From assembly GCF_006345805.1 (NCBI RefSeq), contig NC_043006.1:62992001-63056000 (forward strand): DNA of 64,000 nt. The letters are read 5' to 3'. Made by a program: the position numbers and the translations under genes. This DNA is from Octopus sinensis. Its lineage: Eukaryota. Of the stretch, positions 27,716 through 41,871 are shown one piece after another. Each line of letters opens with the position of its first letter. Position 1 is the first letter of the stretch. The notes beneath the pieces were generated by a model. That model was given only the letters and a program-made list of their open reading frames with translations. It had not been told where the DNA came from and searched no databases.

Positions 27716-29021
27716 GTAAAAGATATATATTGATCAAATAAGAAATATGAAGTGTTGGAATGTTTATTCCATTAGTTGATAGGTGTTCTCCTACATTAAC
27801 AACTATATCACCCACTACCTCACCTACTGTACATCAAAACATTCGATGGCAGGTGAAAACATCTGGCTCTAAATAACTAATATTTTGATTATACTGTCAC
27901 AGACAATGTATTTGGTTGAATTACCATATATGATGCGCATTAATAAAATGTCAACATTAGACATGTACAGCATCAGAAAAATAATACAAGGATATAAAGC
28001 AAATACAATAGAATAAAATGAAAGATGAGAAAGATTAAGTCTCTGATAATTATTTGCTTTCTGAAAGACTTTGTTGACCATCCTGTAGTATTTGAACGAA
28101 TAAAATATATAATATATGAATGTAAACAAATTAATAAATAAACAAAAATTGAATGTATAGTATGGAGAAAATTCAAGAAAAATAAATAGGTATTTAGATA
28201 TTGAGACAGTAGGTACGGTTTGTTAACGACAATGTAACATTTGTGTAATAGAGACTCTTAAGTACGTAGCAAACCATCTAAATATTTGGAATTTCACACA
28301 CGGTTTGATTTAGGGCTGAAATGGCATTCGAAGACCATTGATAAGGGCACGAACGTACACACATACACAGCTCGTAAAAATATTCTTAAGACACATTAAT
28401 ACACATTCTTTCACAAACACATGACCTCGCACTTTCTAAACGCCAATATATAAAAATAGTAATTTCATAGTAGAAAGTTCGTTTTGTTTAAAATTCGAAA
28501 TGAATGTGTATCATAAATGACAGAGAAATAGTTTGATGAAAGTTTATTTAACAATACGAAATTTCAAATATCACGACAAATTGACAATCGTCTTATTATC
28601 TTATGTCAATTTTATTATTATTGACTTCCATAACCCTCTAAATATTGATTTTGCTTTCTTGAAACGTTAGGTCGAGAATTTAATATTAAACAAAGACTTT
28701 CTTTCACCTGAGGGCGTACCTTAAAATCTGCATTATGTTGAAAGATTTTTTTGCATTTTGCATTAACATAGAAATAATATAAATTATCTCCATGCTTTTA
28801 AGTTACGAAGTTTGTCATGACATTTCAATTTTCAAATTGTTAAATAAAATTTCATCAAAGTATTTTTCTGTCATTTATGACATTATACACACCTTATCGT
28901 TTTCTCTTGTATCGTACTAATATACTATATGTTTTGTAGAAGGATACATTAAACAGCTTTAATACTATCGGATTACTTGAATCCATGTATTGTGACATGA
29001 ATTATATATATATACATAAAT

Positions 29022-29051
<30 letters not shown>

Positions 29052-29052
<1 letters not shown>

Positions 29053-29281
29053 TTCTTTACTACCCACAAGGGGCTAAACACAGAGGGGACAAACAAGGAC
29101 AGACAAACGGATTAAGTCAATTACATCGACCCCAGTGCGTAACTGGTACTTAATTTATCGACCCCGAAAGGATGAAAGGCAAAGTCGACCTCGGCGGAAT
29201 TTGAACCCAGAACGTAACAGCAGACGAAATACGGCTACGCATTTCGCCCGGCGTGCTAACGTTTCTGCCAGTTCGCCGCCT
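29052..29281 (-). mobile_element. SINE family C, full length
   Basis: Near-identical to 17640-17870 and 41640-41871. Confidence 0.85.
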
Positions 29282-29401
29282 ATTATATATATATATATAT
29301 GCATACGCATACATATACACATACATAGTATATGTATGTATATATAGATAGATACATACATACATTCATATCTATCTATCTAAATATAAGTATATATATG
29401 C

Positions 29402-29454
<53 letters not shown>

Positions 29455-30149
29455 ACATGTTGTATAAATAATATTACATACATAATAATAGATGTAAAAA
29501 CCACATATACAATCAACCGATTCATACTCTTCATAGTTAAGGTTACATATGTAAATGAAAACGACAAGCTAAATGTGATGAATGAGCTTTAATCAAAAAC
29601 AAAAATACGGAAACATAAATTTAGAAGAAAAGAAAGGCTGCTAGATTTCAGAACTAACTAGAAGTTTTATTTGCGCACTAGGGTTCACACTATAGTTTAA
29701 TTATTATTATAATATAGGGATACCCAATGGAACTTCTGTGTATTTTTCATAACTAATTTATGAGAAAAGATTTATGATTAATTAGTTCATAGTTTAACGA
29801 TATACATTAATTATAGTTATCATTACCATCTCTATGTGGCAATTCTGAATAACCAATCAAAATAAACCTAGTCTGAACTGGAATTAGCTATACCAAGCAA
29901 ACAAGTAATAAAGAGACAGAAAATAAATGTTATACTAATAAGAGGAAGCAGACTTAAAGAGATTGACTTGTAAGAATAATATCAAGAGTGCATTTAGGTT
30001 AAAGCTAGTACGTTATTTTTATTACCGTGTAGGAAGGACAGACTGTACATGCGTGGACATGATATTACAACATCATCTCATTGATTAATGAGATTTGGTT
30101 TTCGCTTAATTATTACATAAGACTCAGAGGAATACAAATTACACATATC

Positions 30150-30735
30150 ATTACAAACTTTATACAGTATGTAATGACAGAGAAAGCAATTTCATACTCA
30201 ATTTCCTCATCAGCAAGCAGCCATAGAAAATTAGCTAAACGTGTAAAAGAATCTTCTCTTGTATCGCAAAAGTTGCAAATTTGATTATTTCTGCATTTAA
30301 GATTTTTGTGGTACATCTGGTATAAACGTAGACATTTCCAAGACTATGTATGTTACATTTATATTTAACATTCTTAATAAGGCAATACACTAACAAATGA
30401 GGGGGTATTACGCCATCAGTACCTACTGGCAATTATTTCGCTAACGTCTACATGACAAAATTTGAGACACAGTTAATGGAGACATTCAAATACTTGCATG
30501 ATCAAGAGCCAATACTCTGCTTACGGTTCATGGATGACATCTTTAATTTATATCTGGGAAGGATCGCAGGTCAGTTTAATTACTTCTTGCATTTCTGTTA
30601 CTGTTCACAAAAGCTATGGCTTCAAGTCCGGTATAAAATACACGTCTATTTTCCAAAATCTAGCGTTGAGTTTTGGAATCAATTTTGAACTTTCAGAAGG
30701 TCGAATAGTGACAGCATATAAATAGCCACACGGAC
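30150..30735 (+). mobile_element. Penelope-like element RT remnant
   Basis: YFANVYMTKFETQL...PILCLRFMDDIF (RT motif C in the PLE RY(I/V)DDIF context), then LSEGRIVTAYK.P (cf. T..Y.KPT). Confidence 0.7.
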
Positions 30736-31007
30736 ATATATATGAATTTATATAAACTTATGCAAGCAAATACATATATCTTTATACATGCACAAACATA
30801 ACAAACATACATAGATACATACACACATCCAGGCATACATGGATATATTTGTATGCTTTTGATGTTCTCATTTTGTTAAATGAATAAATAATCCAACATT
30901 ATAATATCCGAAAGTTGATGAACAACTAAATTTGTTTCTCCATTTTCTTATTTGTATTATATATATATATAATTTGTATTATATATATATTATATATATA
31001 TATAATA

Positions 31008-31040
<33 letters not shown>

Positions 31041-31327
31041 CATTAATATAAGAGGGAATTTGATTATATATATATATATATAATAATATATATATATATA
31101 TAGTGGCGGGGGGGCAAACACAGACACACAAATACATACATAAACATATACATACATATATATATATATATATTTAAGTAGGTGAATGAATTATCCTATG
31201 TTTATCATCAGAGTGGAAAATTCGTTTAACCGAAACATTTGTAGCAAATTCACGTCAGAAACACGGTTGAAGCGACCTGTCAAGGGTAGAAACTCCGGGT
31301 TCATGTGCAGAAATGTGCGTGTTGTAT

Positions 31328-31544
31328 ATGAATAAATGAAAGAGTGGAGTCGAACGAAGATGTTAACAAAATTCCTTTACTCTCGACACATGTTTCGAAG
31401 ACAGCATATTTTCATTCTAAAGGAATAAAGGGTGCTGCACCCTTTATTCCTTTAGAATGAAAATATGCTGTCTTCGAAACATATGTCGAGAGTAAAGGAA
31501 TTTTGTTAACATCTTCGTTCGACTCCACTCTTTCATTTATTCAT
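31328..31544. repeat. Fold-back palindrome, 108-bp arms with 1-nt spacer, carrying the 3' half of an HHR
   Basis: Centre gggtgc-t-gcaccc; one mismatch seen; right arm GAAAC-ATAT-GTC|GAGAG (31476-31492); tail aaggaattttgttaa.tcttcgttc..ctcca shared with the 13625 palindrome. Confidence 0.92.
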
Positions 31545-31545
31545 G

Positions 31546-31612
<67 letters not shown>

Positions 31613-31659
31613 TGTGTGTGTGTTGTGTGTGTGTGTGTATGTATATGTATGTATTTGTG

Positions 31660-31860
31660 TGTCTGTGTTTGCCCCCCGCCACTATCGCTTGACAATAGAT
31701 GTTGGTGTGTTTACGTCTCCGTAGCTTAGCGGTTCTGCCTAAGAGACCGATTGAATAAATACTAGGCTAACAAAGAATAAGTCATGGAGTCAATTTGTTC
31801 GACTACAGGCAAAGCTCCAGCATGGTGGCAGTCAAATGACTGAAGCAAGTAAAATAATAA
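31660..31860 (+). mobile_element. SINE family B, 3' part
   Basis: gttggtgtgtttacgtctccgtagcttagcggttc...gtcaaatgactgaagcaagtaaaa. Confidence 0.75.
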
Positions 31861-31914
31861 AATAATAAACGAATATAAACAAAAACATTCAGATGCACGT
31901 ATTTATACGTACAT

Positions 31915-31951
<37 letters not shown>

Positions 31952-32099
31952 CGCACATACATTCAATATTTATATATAACACTTATATATATATATATAT
32001 ATACTCATACAAATATGGATGCATACATACATATATATATATATACATACATACATACATACATACATACATACATACATACATACATACATACATACA

Positions 32100-32132
<33 letters not shown>

Positions 32133-33706
32133 GTACGTATACATACACAGCACACAGAAACGTGTGTAAAAGGTTGGATGTAGATTTGTTCTTTAGTTTA
32201 GGTGTTTTCCAAAAAGATTCCGATTGTTGATTCTTCATACTTTGCTGGGAGTTTACTGGCGTAAACTGGTGAAGATATAAAAAGTAGTATTAGAATATTA
32301 AGCGTATGATTAATTTATGGAACGAAGGTCTACAAATCCAATTATATTTGTCAAAAATGGAGGAGATAAGATATTAAAAATTTGTAAGAAGTTTATTCAT
32401 GCATACAATTGTTTCGTACATAGATATAAATTCATTTTTGAATTTGCAAATTATCATAGTACTCATCAGAGAAGTTGGATCTATGAGTTTCATGTTTATC
32501 TATTTTTATCTCTGTGTAATAGTGATGGGAATCATGTCAATTATTAAACCTCAACTAACGAATGAACTTTTAGGGGATTATATAAATATGGGGATATCGA
32601 TATCACTCTTTATGGATTAGTATAGATTTGCTAATGAAATCTCCATATATGCAGGATAGCGCGAGTTAGAGAAATGTCCACTGAGAAAACGTTACCCAAT
32701 GTAAATTAAATCTAACTATTATAAGCAATACCTGGTATATTTTTATAAAATATAATCTGATGAAGAAAGTTTAGCGTAAACAATCTTTGTAAAGCATATA
32801 CTAGAAAGTTAATGTAGTCATTGATGAAAATATAGGTGGAGGAAGGGGAATTACAAAGAATGAGATGGCAGTGGATTAAGGGCTCTTCTTTACTCAAGAT
32901 CCGTATTAAGGTAACATGGAAGTACACTACAGGAGGATAAGTGATAATTCAATGGATATATGACGATTAAGTTTGTATTATACTTACGAAGTCTGTTGTT
33001 AAGAAGAGAGGAAAGAACATTTGGGGAGATATAGTAAGAAGAGAGTTATAGAAGCGATAAAATAATGAATTAGAGAGGTTGAAAAGGAAAAGAAATTATA
33101 TTAGTGAAGGGGATAGAAATGAGAAGGAAAACAATAATAATGATAAAGTAAGGGATATAATGAGAGAAATGCATGTTAAAAATGAAAGAGAGATTAATGA
33201 TAAAGGTATTGAATGCGTAGTATAAAGTTATACAAAAGAAATATTTTGTATAGATATAAAATGTTATGTCAAAAGTAATAATCTTGCTGAGTATTATATG
33301 AGAAGGAAAGTGTATGGCTATATAGGATCGTAATGAATACAAATACACGTTATGTAGGTTCAATGCATGTAAATATAATAAAAAATATAAAGTTCTTAGG
33401 ATCTACGAGTAGATAGATACATGTAGGGGTTCATATAAAGTTACCAGATTATAGGATAAATGTTTATCATACATGGAGTAGAATGTATGTATATGCAATC
33501 GCATATATAGAGAGAAAGGGGCATACATACATATATATACAGAAATATATGCATATACACAACTAGATACACGTGTATATACATGTACAATTATACACAA
33601 ACTTTATGTAAATAAACACGTACACATATATACAGATACATACATATACATATATACAGATACATACACATGCTTATATACGTACATACATGCACAATAT
33701 ATATAT

Positions 33707-33761
<55 letters not shown>

Positions 33762-34142
33762 CACATATATATACATACATACGTATAGACATAAAAACAC
33801 ATATATACAAAAATAGATACACTTAGATGTATACATAGATATGCAGATATAGTTGCAAACACGCACAACCGCAATGTAACGTGCAAGTATATATATAACA
33901 GTATTAAAAATATACTTTACTGTAAATGGAATAACTAATAACATATGCAAGTATTTTGTGATGTAGATATGGTGAGAGAAAAAATTGGAGAACATATACA
34001 TAGGTACGTAAGGGTATGCATATAAGTAAAATATATATCTATACTCAAACACAAATACATAGATATACAAACAATTTACATGCAGAAGTTGGTATATCTT
34101 ACATATATCCATATGAATGTGCATACAATACCAATATACACC

Positions 34143-34185
<43 letters not shown>

Positions 34186-34862
34186 GCTGGGTGAGCCTAC
34201 GTGCATGTACAGACACACAAACATATGTAAGCACATAGACAGCACAGATACACGGATACGCATATGTGCAAACACAGGAGTAAATAAGAAAATAGACAGG
34301 TATAAAAGTTCATATATCCAGGCGTATGAATTAAAAAGTATAGAGAGACATAATTTACTTAATGGCCCGATATATATAAGGTCCTTCAGTTATCATAAGG
34401 GAAATATTAAAATAAAGTATATAAAGGGAATTTATGTTATAGTAATACAATGGGGATAGGATAAGGTTCTATATTGAATGATATGGGAGAATATAATGTG
34501 ATTTTTAAAATAAATATCAAACTATGAAATAAGGTAGTAAATAGTTATTATAGATTAATGAATAGGAATTTGGTCATGTGTTTACACGAGAAACTTCAAT
34601 CCCTCGTAGTAACTAGGTTTCCGTTCATTCTCAATAAATTATAGCTTTCTTCTAGTTATTATCTGCAAATTTTATTTTTATTTCTGTAAGAAGAAAGGCA
34701 TTAGATGGAATTTTCAGGAAATTCAGAAACTAATATTGTTTCTTTTGAAGGGCAATTCTTTTTTTTTTTTTTGATAATCCGGCACTGTTCTCTTTTCTAT
34801 GGTCCCTAAAGGTGGATTCGTCGTTCAAAATTCGCTATTTAACCAAGTTTTGAGTGCAACCA

Positions 34863-34896
<34 letters not shown>

Positions 34897-35289
34897 ACAC
34901 ACATATATATATATATATCGATTAGTCTTGCTTTATAATTGTTGCCTGGTATACAACGACTTTCTTTTTACAATTCCTTTCTAATTTACAAGCATTAGGG
35001 TCTCTGCAATTTCTATTTGTATTTGTGGATAGTGCTGTTGTGTTATATGTATGTTTTGTTGAATTATAAGAGTTGTGGTTATTATTAGTATTGATATTGT
35101 TAATTGTAGGATTATGCGGATTTTTATTAATATTGTTGGAGGTCCTACGTTCAATTTTAGTAATTTTGTTTTGATAAAATTGATCTGGTTTCTTATTGTT
35201 AAATGAAAATATTATCCTAAAATGATTAGTAGAAACTGAAAATCCAAATCTAATATGTTTATTATTAAATATTTTTACTTATTTAGTGT

Positions 35290-35560
35290 TTTTGAATTTT
35301 TTGATATTGGCGCGTTAGGAAAAGCTTTTCCTGGTGTATATTTCGCTATTTATAGGGACGATGCTCTAGCTTTAACTAAGAATACCAATGGACCAGCACA
35401 AGATCGGTTGTGAAAACATTCGATCTTAATTTAACAATAGATACCAACCTGACGTTTCTCTATATTTACAAACCTTATTGGAAGCTCAACGATAGACCTA
35501 GATTTATTAGAATGTAGTTAAGAATGTAGTTAAGAATATTAGTAGGAGAATTTGAATTTA
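35290..35560 (+). mobile_element. Penelope-like RT remnant (YRDD type)
   Basis: IYRDDALALTKNTNGP (cf. GLYRDDGL...SGP), followed by a Y.PY.K.N..P.FI remnant. Confidence 0.55.
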
Positions 35561-36334
35561 TTAACCAATCAAATTATTTTGAATTTATGTGATCCATACC
35601 AATATTGTTTTTAGGGGTGAGTGTATATTTTGAGTGTGTATGTATATATTATTCATATCTATGTACTTATTCGCTTATCTATGTATATATATATATATAT
35701 ATATATACATATGTATGTAAGGGTGTACACGCAAAATGTGCGTTATGTATAAGTATTGATATGTATATGTGTATGTGTATGTATACATGTGTGTATATAA
35801 ATATATGCGTTTGTGTACATGTATATACATACATATGTGTTTCTTCATATATATATATTCCTTTGCATGTATTGGTTCACATACACGTATCTCCATGTAT
35901 GTGTGTATATGTGCATATCTATTTGTATCTATTGTTTGTGTATGTATATGTATGGATGTATATATATTTATATATATGCATATATCTATATATATATATA
36001 TTATATATATATATGTATGTATGCACTAATTAAAAGATTAATGTTTTTGACCGATGTTAATATATGTTTATGTATTATTTAAGTTTCTCTCAATTTTAAA
36101 AACAAGTTAATAAAGTATTTATTTTATCTCCTCATTCATACGATACACGTCGTCACTGTAAGTTACCATTCACACTCTATTCATTTACCTTTTATTACCT
36201 TAATTATATTCACATATTATCCGTTACCCACTAAAATAACCTATAACCCTCTAACCCAGGTGTATACCGACATTAGCCATAATGTGATGATTCTAAAATA
36301 CAACACATAAAAACCGAACAGTATATCTTTTTTC

Positions 36335-36425
36335 TAACCCTCTGAATAGATTTTGCTTAATAGAATGATTGTAGTAATTGCTATTTAATCTGTTTAGGCT
36401 CAATTGAAACAGCTGTAAGGGATTA
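36335..36425 (+). ncRNA. Degenerate type I hammerhead motif
   Basis: Stem I ccct/aggg; core CTGAATA (G8 mutated); GAAAC-AGCT-GTA; stem II poorly paired. Confidence 0.45.
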
Positions 36426-36518
36426 TGTTTGATTGTTGCAGATAAATTTTTATTGATTGTTATATCTCCATTTTCTTATTTTCTGGTTTATATATAAATA
36501 TATCCAAAGGCATGACTG

Positions 36519-36574
<56 letters not shown>

Positions 36575-36579
36575 TATAT

Positions 36580-37171
36580 ATACAAGATAAGAAAATGGGG
36601 AAATACATCTAAATCAAATATCAATTACCAGATAATACCCAATCACATACTTTATTAAACCACCACATAAGAGACTGTAGGGTTAAACATAAAAAAGCAG
36701 AACAAATCAGTGTACATAAAGGAATGTACATAAAAAATGTACACAAAAGAGAGATGTTGTATAATAAGTAGAATATATATAAAAAAAGAGAATATACATA
36801 TAAGTAAATATAAATATAAGTATAGATTACATCTTACAGCTGTTTCGGCCATGTAGATAAGTATGTCTCATTTTACCATGAGACATACTTATCTACATGG
36901 CCGAAACAGCTGTAAGATGTAATCTATACTTATATTTATATTTACTTATATGTATATTCTCTTTTTTTTATATATATTCTACTTATTATACAACATCTCT
37001 CTTTTATGTACACTTTTTTATGTACATTCCTTTATGTACACTGATTTGTTCTGCTTTTTTATGTTTAACCCTACAGTCTCTTATGTGGTGGTTTAATAAA
37101 GTATGTGATTGAGTATTATCTGGTAATTGATATTTGATTTAGATGTATTTCTCCATTTTCTTATCTTGTAT
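36580..37171. repeat. Fold-back palindrome, ~292-bp arms with 6-nt spacer, carrying the 3' half of an HHR
   Basis: Centre tctcat-tttacc-atgaga; about 4-5 arm differences; right arm catggcc-GAAAC-AGCT-GTA|AGATG (36903-36919); left end abuts (TA)n. Confidence 0.92.
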
Positions 37172-37351
37172 TAGTTATTTGTGGTAAATCATTTTACCTT
37201 CGCCATATAATACAGTAGATGAATTGATTGCATCGCAATCCTTAACATTTATGTATTAACTTTGTTGGGTACTTCACTAGCAGTATATTGGATATATGTT
37301 ATCCCATGGAGGGTTGCATTTACAACCCCTATCTCAATTTGTATATATATA

Positions 37352-37416
<65 letters not shown>

Positions 37417-37417
37417 C

Positions 37418-37520
<103 letters not shown>

Positions 37521-38463
37521 TATATATATATGCTGATACTTTCAATTTCCGCCCTCATATCTTCTCTACATACCTTCTCTAAGTTTAAATGTGTAACAGA
37601 CAAATTACTTTTACGGAGTAGATAGTACGAACGACATGAAAAATAAATCATTCGTTCATCTCCCGTGTTTCATTAGCGTCTTACTAATACTCCAATATAT
37701 CACACAAGCTGAAATCTATCAGCAGTAGACTTAAATGTCACTAGCAAGTAATTGTGGGAAAAAAATAATAATTGATTTCATTTGTATTCTCCGACCAATG
37801 TGCTCTTAATTTTCCTAAACTATTAAAAGACCCAGATTAACAAATACACCTTCTCCTTTGTTATTTCCTTTGTATATCACTTACCAGACATGCTTATTTG
37901 TTTATTGTTTTATTCATCATATATTTTTTATCAAATCCTCAATGCTGAGTTATCAAAAATGTAAAAATACATGAATGATGGCAATGAAAGTCTAATAGGA
38001 GTAATGTCGTGAGATCGGCACGTCTGAGACACGTTAATAAAACCTGACGAAATATAGCCGTCTTCGTATCTGGACGCAGCCGCCTTCTTCGAAAGACAAA
38101 GTGGAAAAGAGTAAATGAGGAGGAGAAGAAGAAGAGAAGAAGAAGAAGAAGAGAAGAAGAAGAAGAAGAGAAGAAGAAGAAGAAGAAGAAGAAGAAGAAG
38201 AAGAAGAAGAAGAAGAAGAGAAGAAGAAGAAGAAGAAAGTATCAACAGCAGTCAACAACGGTTTGTCCTAGTGCTCCAGTAGTGCTAGTACTTGACGAGG
38301 GCTTGGATTCATCCCCCCCACCCCCCCAAAAAAAATTAAAAGCAAAGCTGACCTCAGCAAAAAGAGTCAGGATGAATACAAAAAGCGTTCAGGTGAGAAC
38401 GCTCTTACTACTCCCACAAATGTCAGGCATAAATAGATGAATGTGTGTAAGTATGTATGTATG

Positions 38464-40515
38464 TCATTCTTTAGTTTTATTTCAAGATTTCTTGCTAATA
38501 GAGTAAGAGCCGGTTTCTAACTTAGATCCAAGGCTATTCATTGGAATTTCAACATCAACAACAAAGTATTTGTGTTTTTTTTGTATGTGTGTATGTATGT
38601 ATGTATGTATGTATGTATGTATGTATGTATGTATGTATATGTGCAGATTTCTATGTTTTGCTTTATGTATGAATCTTCATGCATGTTGTTGCATATCTGG
38701 AAATGCTCATATATATTTAAATGATAAACTCCTGGAAAGCTTTACAGATTTTTACAGTTTCAGTAATGGATTGGATCTGTAGTCTTCGAATTAGCTTCCT
38801 CTTTTCTGATTTTGAGAAGCCTAATTTCTCAAGATCGGTATTTAGGCAGTGTGTTACATACCTCAGGGCCCCAGTAATTACAGATATAAATCCGAACTTG
38901 TAATCTGGATAGAGTCACTGCAGGTTTCTCGGTTAAACTAAAGCGTTTGACCCGAGCAAAAAAAAAAAAAAAGGAAAATAGTGTAACAGATGTAAAACAA
39001 CTTGCTCTAAACGCATATCAAAACAAAAATGCGCGCTCGCGAAAGGGAGGTGGGGGAGAGGAATCGGAACATTCACATCGTGAATGTTCCGAGTCGCCTC
39101 ACCAGAGCCAAGAAACAAAAGAAAAATAGCATAATAGGTGTGAAACAACTTTCCCAATATTTCAGCGTTGATATTCATTTTTTACTGATCTTCAGCTGTA
39201 TGTTAACATCCGATGGGTAGCTGATTTCTACTACAGCACACAGTTTCTCTTCTCTATCAGGTCTTTTGTGTTTACATTTGATGGAGGTAGGTCTTCACTG
39301 GGACATTCCACAAATACAGTTTTTTATTATGATATGCTTTGGCTTCTACCATACTGTGGGTTTTTATTTCTTTATCAACGGGATTATCATTCCGAAGGCT
39401 TTCATTATAGAGTGTCCTGTCTACAACAGTATGTCTCCTCGGCAGATAATACCGTGATGACATTTTTGGACAACTGCTTATGATGTGGGTGATATTTTCG
39501 GAGTTAACTTCACGAAATCTGCATCGGTCGTCACATTTTTCTACTTTTCCTGCATTTCTATAACTTTTCTGCATTAAGTATTTGCTTGATATTTCTTGTT
39601 TCTGGATTTCAAACTCATACCCTTCATTGTAGGAGGTAGTAATCCGGCTATTGGAGACTGCTTTTATGACCAATGTTACTATAATCTCGGAGCTTCCAAC
39701 TAACATAGCCATGCACAGTCTTCTGCTTATATAGGCTCATCCTTTCATTTGATGATACGTTGCGGTAAAGTCGTGCGACGTATTTGGGCATGTATTGTAG
39801 GTTATTAGACAAGGGATATTGCTCAAAGAGCTACCTTCCAAATCTTATGATGTTATCAGCATCATGTATACAAACTTGGTCGACACTTGGTGATTAAAAG
39901 ATGTTGCCGAAGGGATGTGATACGACATTCAAAGTCATTTTGGATCGATGTTAAGCATCTGCTGCCCTGTTTTCGTTATAGGTAGAGGCGGTCTACGTCA
40001 CTATTTATGTAGATTTTATGTGCGCTTGTTAGTAATTTTCACATCAATAGCTCGAATCTCATCAAGCGTCCAATCAAGCAACCAAAATGTTGCTATGAGA
40101 ATTGGTGCTGCAAAGACATTGTGGGTCACTGTTTCATTGTATCTAGAGAGTTCTGAGGTCAAAAGTTTCTTTAATCGGCTGTAATATTCTTTAATGATAC
40201 GTGTTTTGTCATAGGTGCCATTAAGATATGTTTTCATCCACTCCTAGATACGTGTAATATTCCTCGTCTGGAGAAACAGTCAAATCATCGATGGAGATGT
40301 TGCTAGTGTGCTTTATAGTTTTCTCCATTTTCACAACCATATAACAACATTTATCCTGACCAAACTCCAGCTCTATATCCTTTGAGAATTTTGTAATTCA
40401 GTCAAGGCTCTTTTTCATCTCATGCATATTCTTTGCATAAAATTTCAAGTCATCCACAAAGAAACCATGTGTAATTTTGGTATTTCTGTTTCCTTGTGTA
40501 CCAGTGAGATATCCT
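38464..40515 (-). mobile_element. 5'-truncated R4/Dong-clade LINE (RT motif C to 3' UTR), same family as 11330-12478; decayed
   Basis: THGFFVDDLKFYAK (RT); YYSRLKKLLTSELS...HNVFAAPIL; RCRF.EVNSENITHIISSC; VEISYP; LYPDYKF; 3' UTR homologous to 12230-12478; both ends in (TATG/TACA)n. Confidence 0.85.
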
Positions 40516-40566
40516 TGTATTCATGCATGTATGTATGTATGTCACAACTGGCAACGATTAAATTTT

Positions 40567-40613
<47 letters not shown>

Positions 40614-41639
40614 TGTGTCTGTGTGTCTGTGTGTGTGTGTGTGTGAGTGTGTGTTTACTGACATATCGATTTAGCAAAACCATCCGAGCGATGTAGTAGT
40701 CCCCGCTGACAGGTCTACGACTGATAGACGAATCTAGTCTAGTCCATTGACCCTAGCTTCGCTCATGGAGAGGCTATCTCCTCTGTCAATGTATATATAT
40801 ATATTGTGCACTTTATACAATATTAAGGGTTTAGCTCTTATCTATTCCAATATGGGATCTATTCAAAACCCTCAGTCACAACTAGTAACGATTAAACTTT
40901 TCCTTTATGGTCTTACAATCCGCTTAGTTGTGTATATTAATTTTTATGTATGTATGCATATGTGTGTATGTATGTAGGTATTTATGTATGGATGTATCTA
41001 TATATATGTATATGTATGTATATTGCTATACGTATTTTTGTAAGCAATATGCATGTAGACCAAGTTGATTTACTCAGTCAACTATGACGGCGAACTAACA
41101 TAAGAGCTTCTGATGTTAGTAATAACTAGCATATCTTAAATTCCATTATATTCTTTTTCAAAAAAGAGATGCATTGAATATTGAAGCTCTAGTTACATCA
41201 TCTGAAAACAGATTGAATAGTCACTGACGGAACATTGTGGATCATAAATTTTCTGAACTAGGGTAGATCCGTAGTTAATTAACAACAACAATAGCAACAA
41301 TAATAGTGATCATGTCGCAGAAGCATATTAATACTCTTTTCATTGTTTTTCAATTGATCTCTATTGTAGCAGGTTTTGTAATTCAATCTGTTTTACTTTA
41401 TTGCGTTTATAATTTCTTTTAATTTTACACTTTAAGTATATACAACGGCTATGATTTGCAACAGCGATATATGGCTAGATCATAAAAGTGTATAAGGAAA
41501 ACAGAATTCTTTAGTTATGTGTGAAATTATATTTTTAGATAATAGCGGAAGTGTTGAAAGTTCCATATTTTATACATTTTCCGATTTATACTTTTTTCTT
41601 AACATTGCTTTGTGTTGTACAAGGGTGTATATAATACCT

Positions 41640-41871
41640 ATTTCTTTACTACCCACAAGGGGCTAAACACAGAGAGGACAAACAAGGACAGACAAACGGA
41701 TTAAGTCGATTACATCGACCCCTGTGCGTAACTGGTACTTATTTAATCGACCCCGAAAGGATGAAAGGCAAAGTCGACCTCGGTGGAATTTGAACTCAGA
41801 ACGAGGCGGCAGACGAAATACGGCTACGCATTTCACCCGGCGTGCTAACGTTTCTGCCTGCTCGCCGCCTT
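41640..41871 (-). mobile_element. SINE family C, full length
   Basis: Near-identical to 17640 and 29052. Confidence 0.85.
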
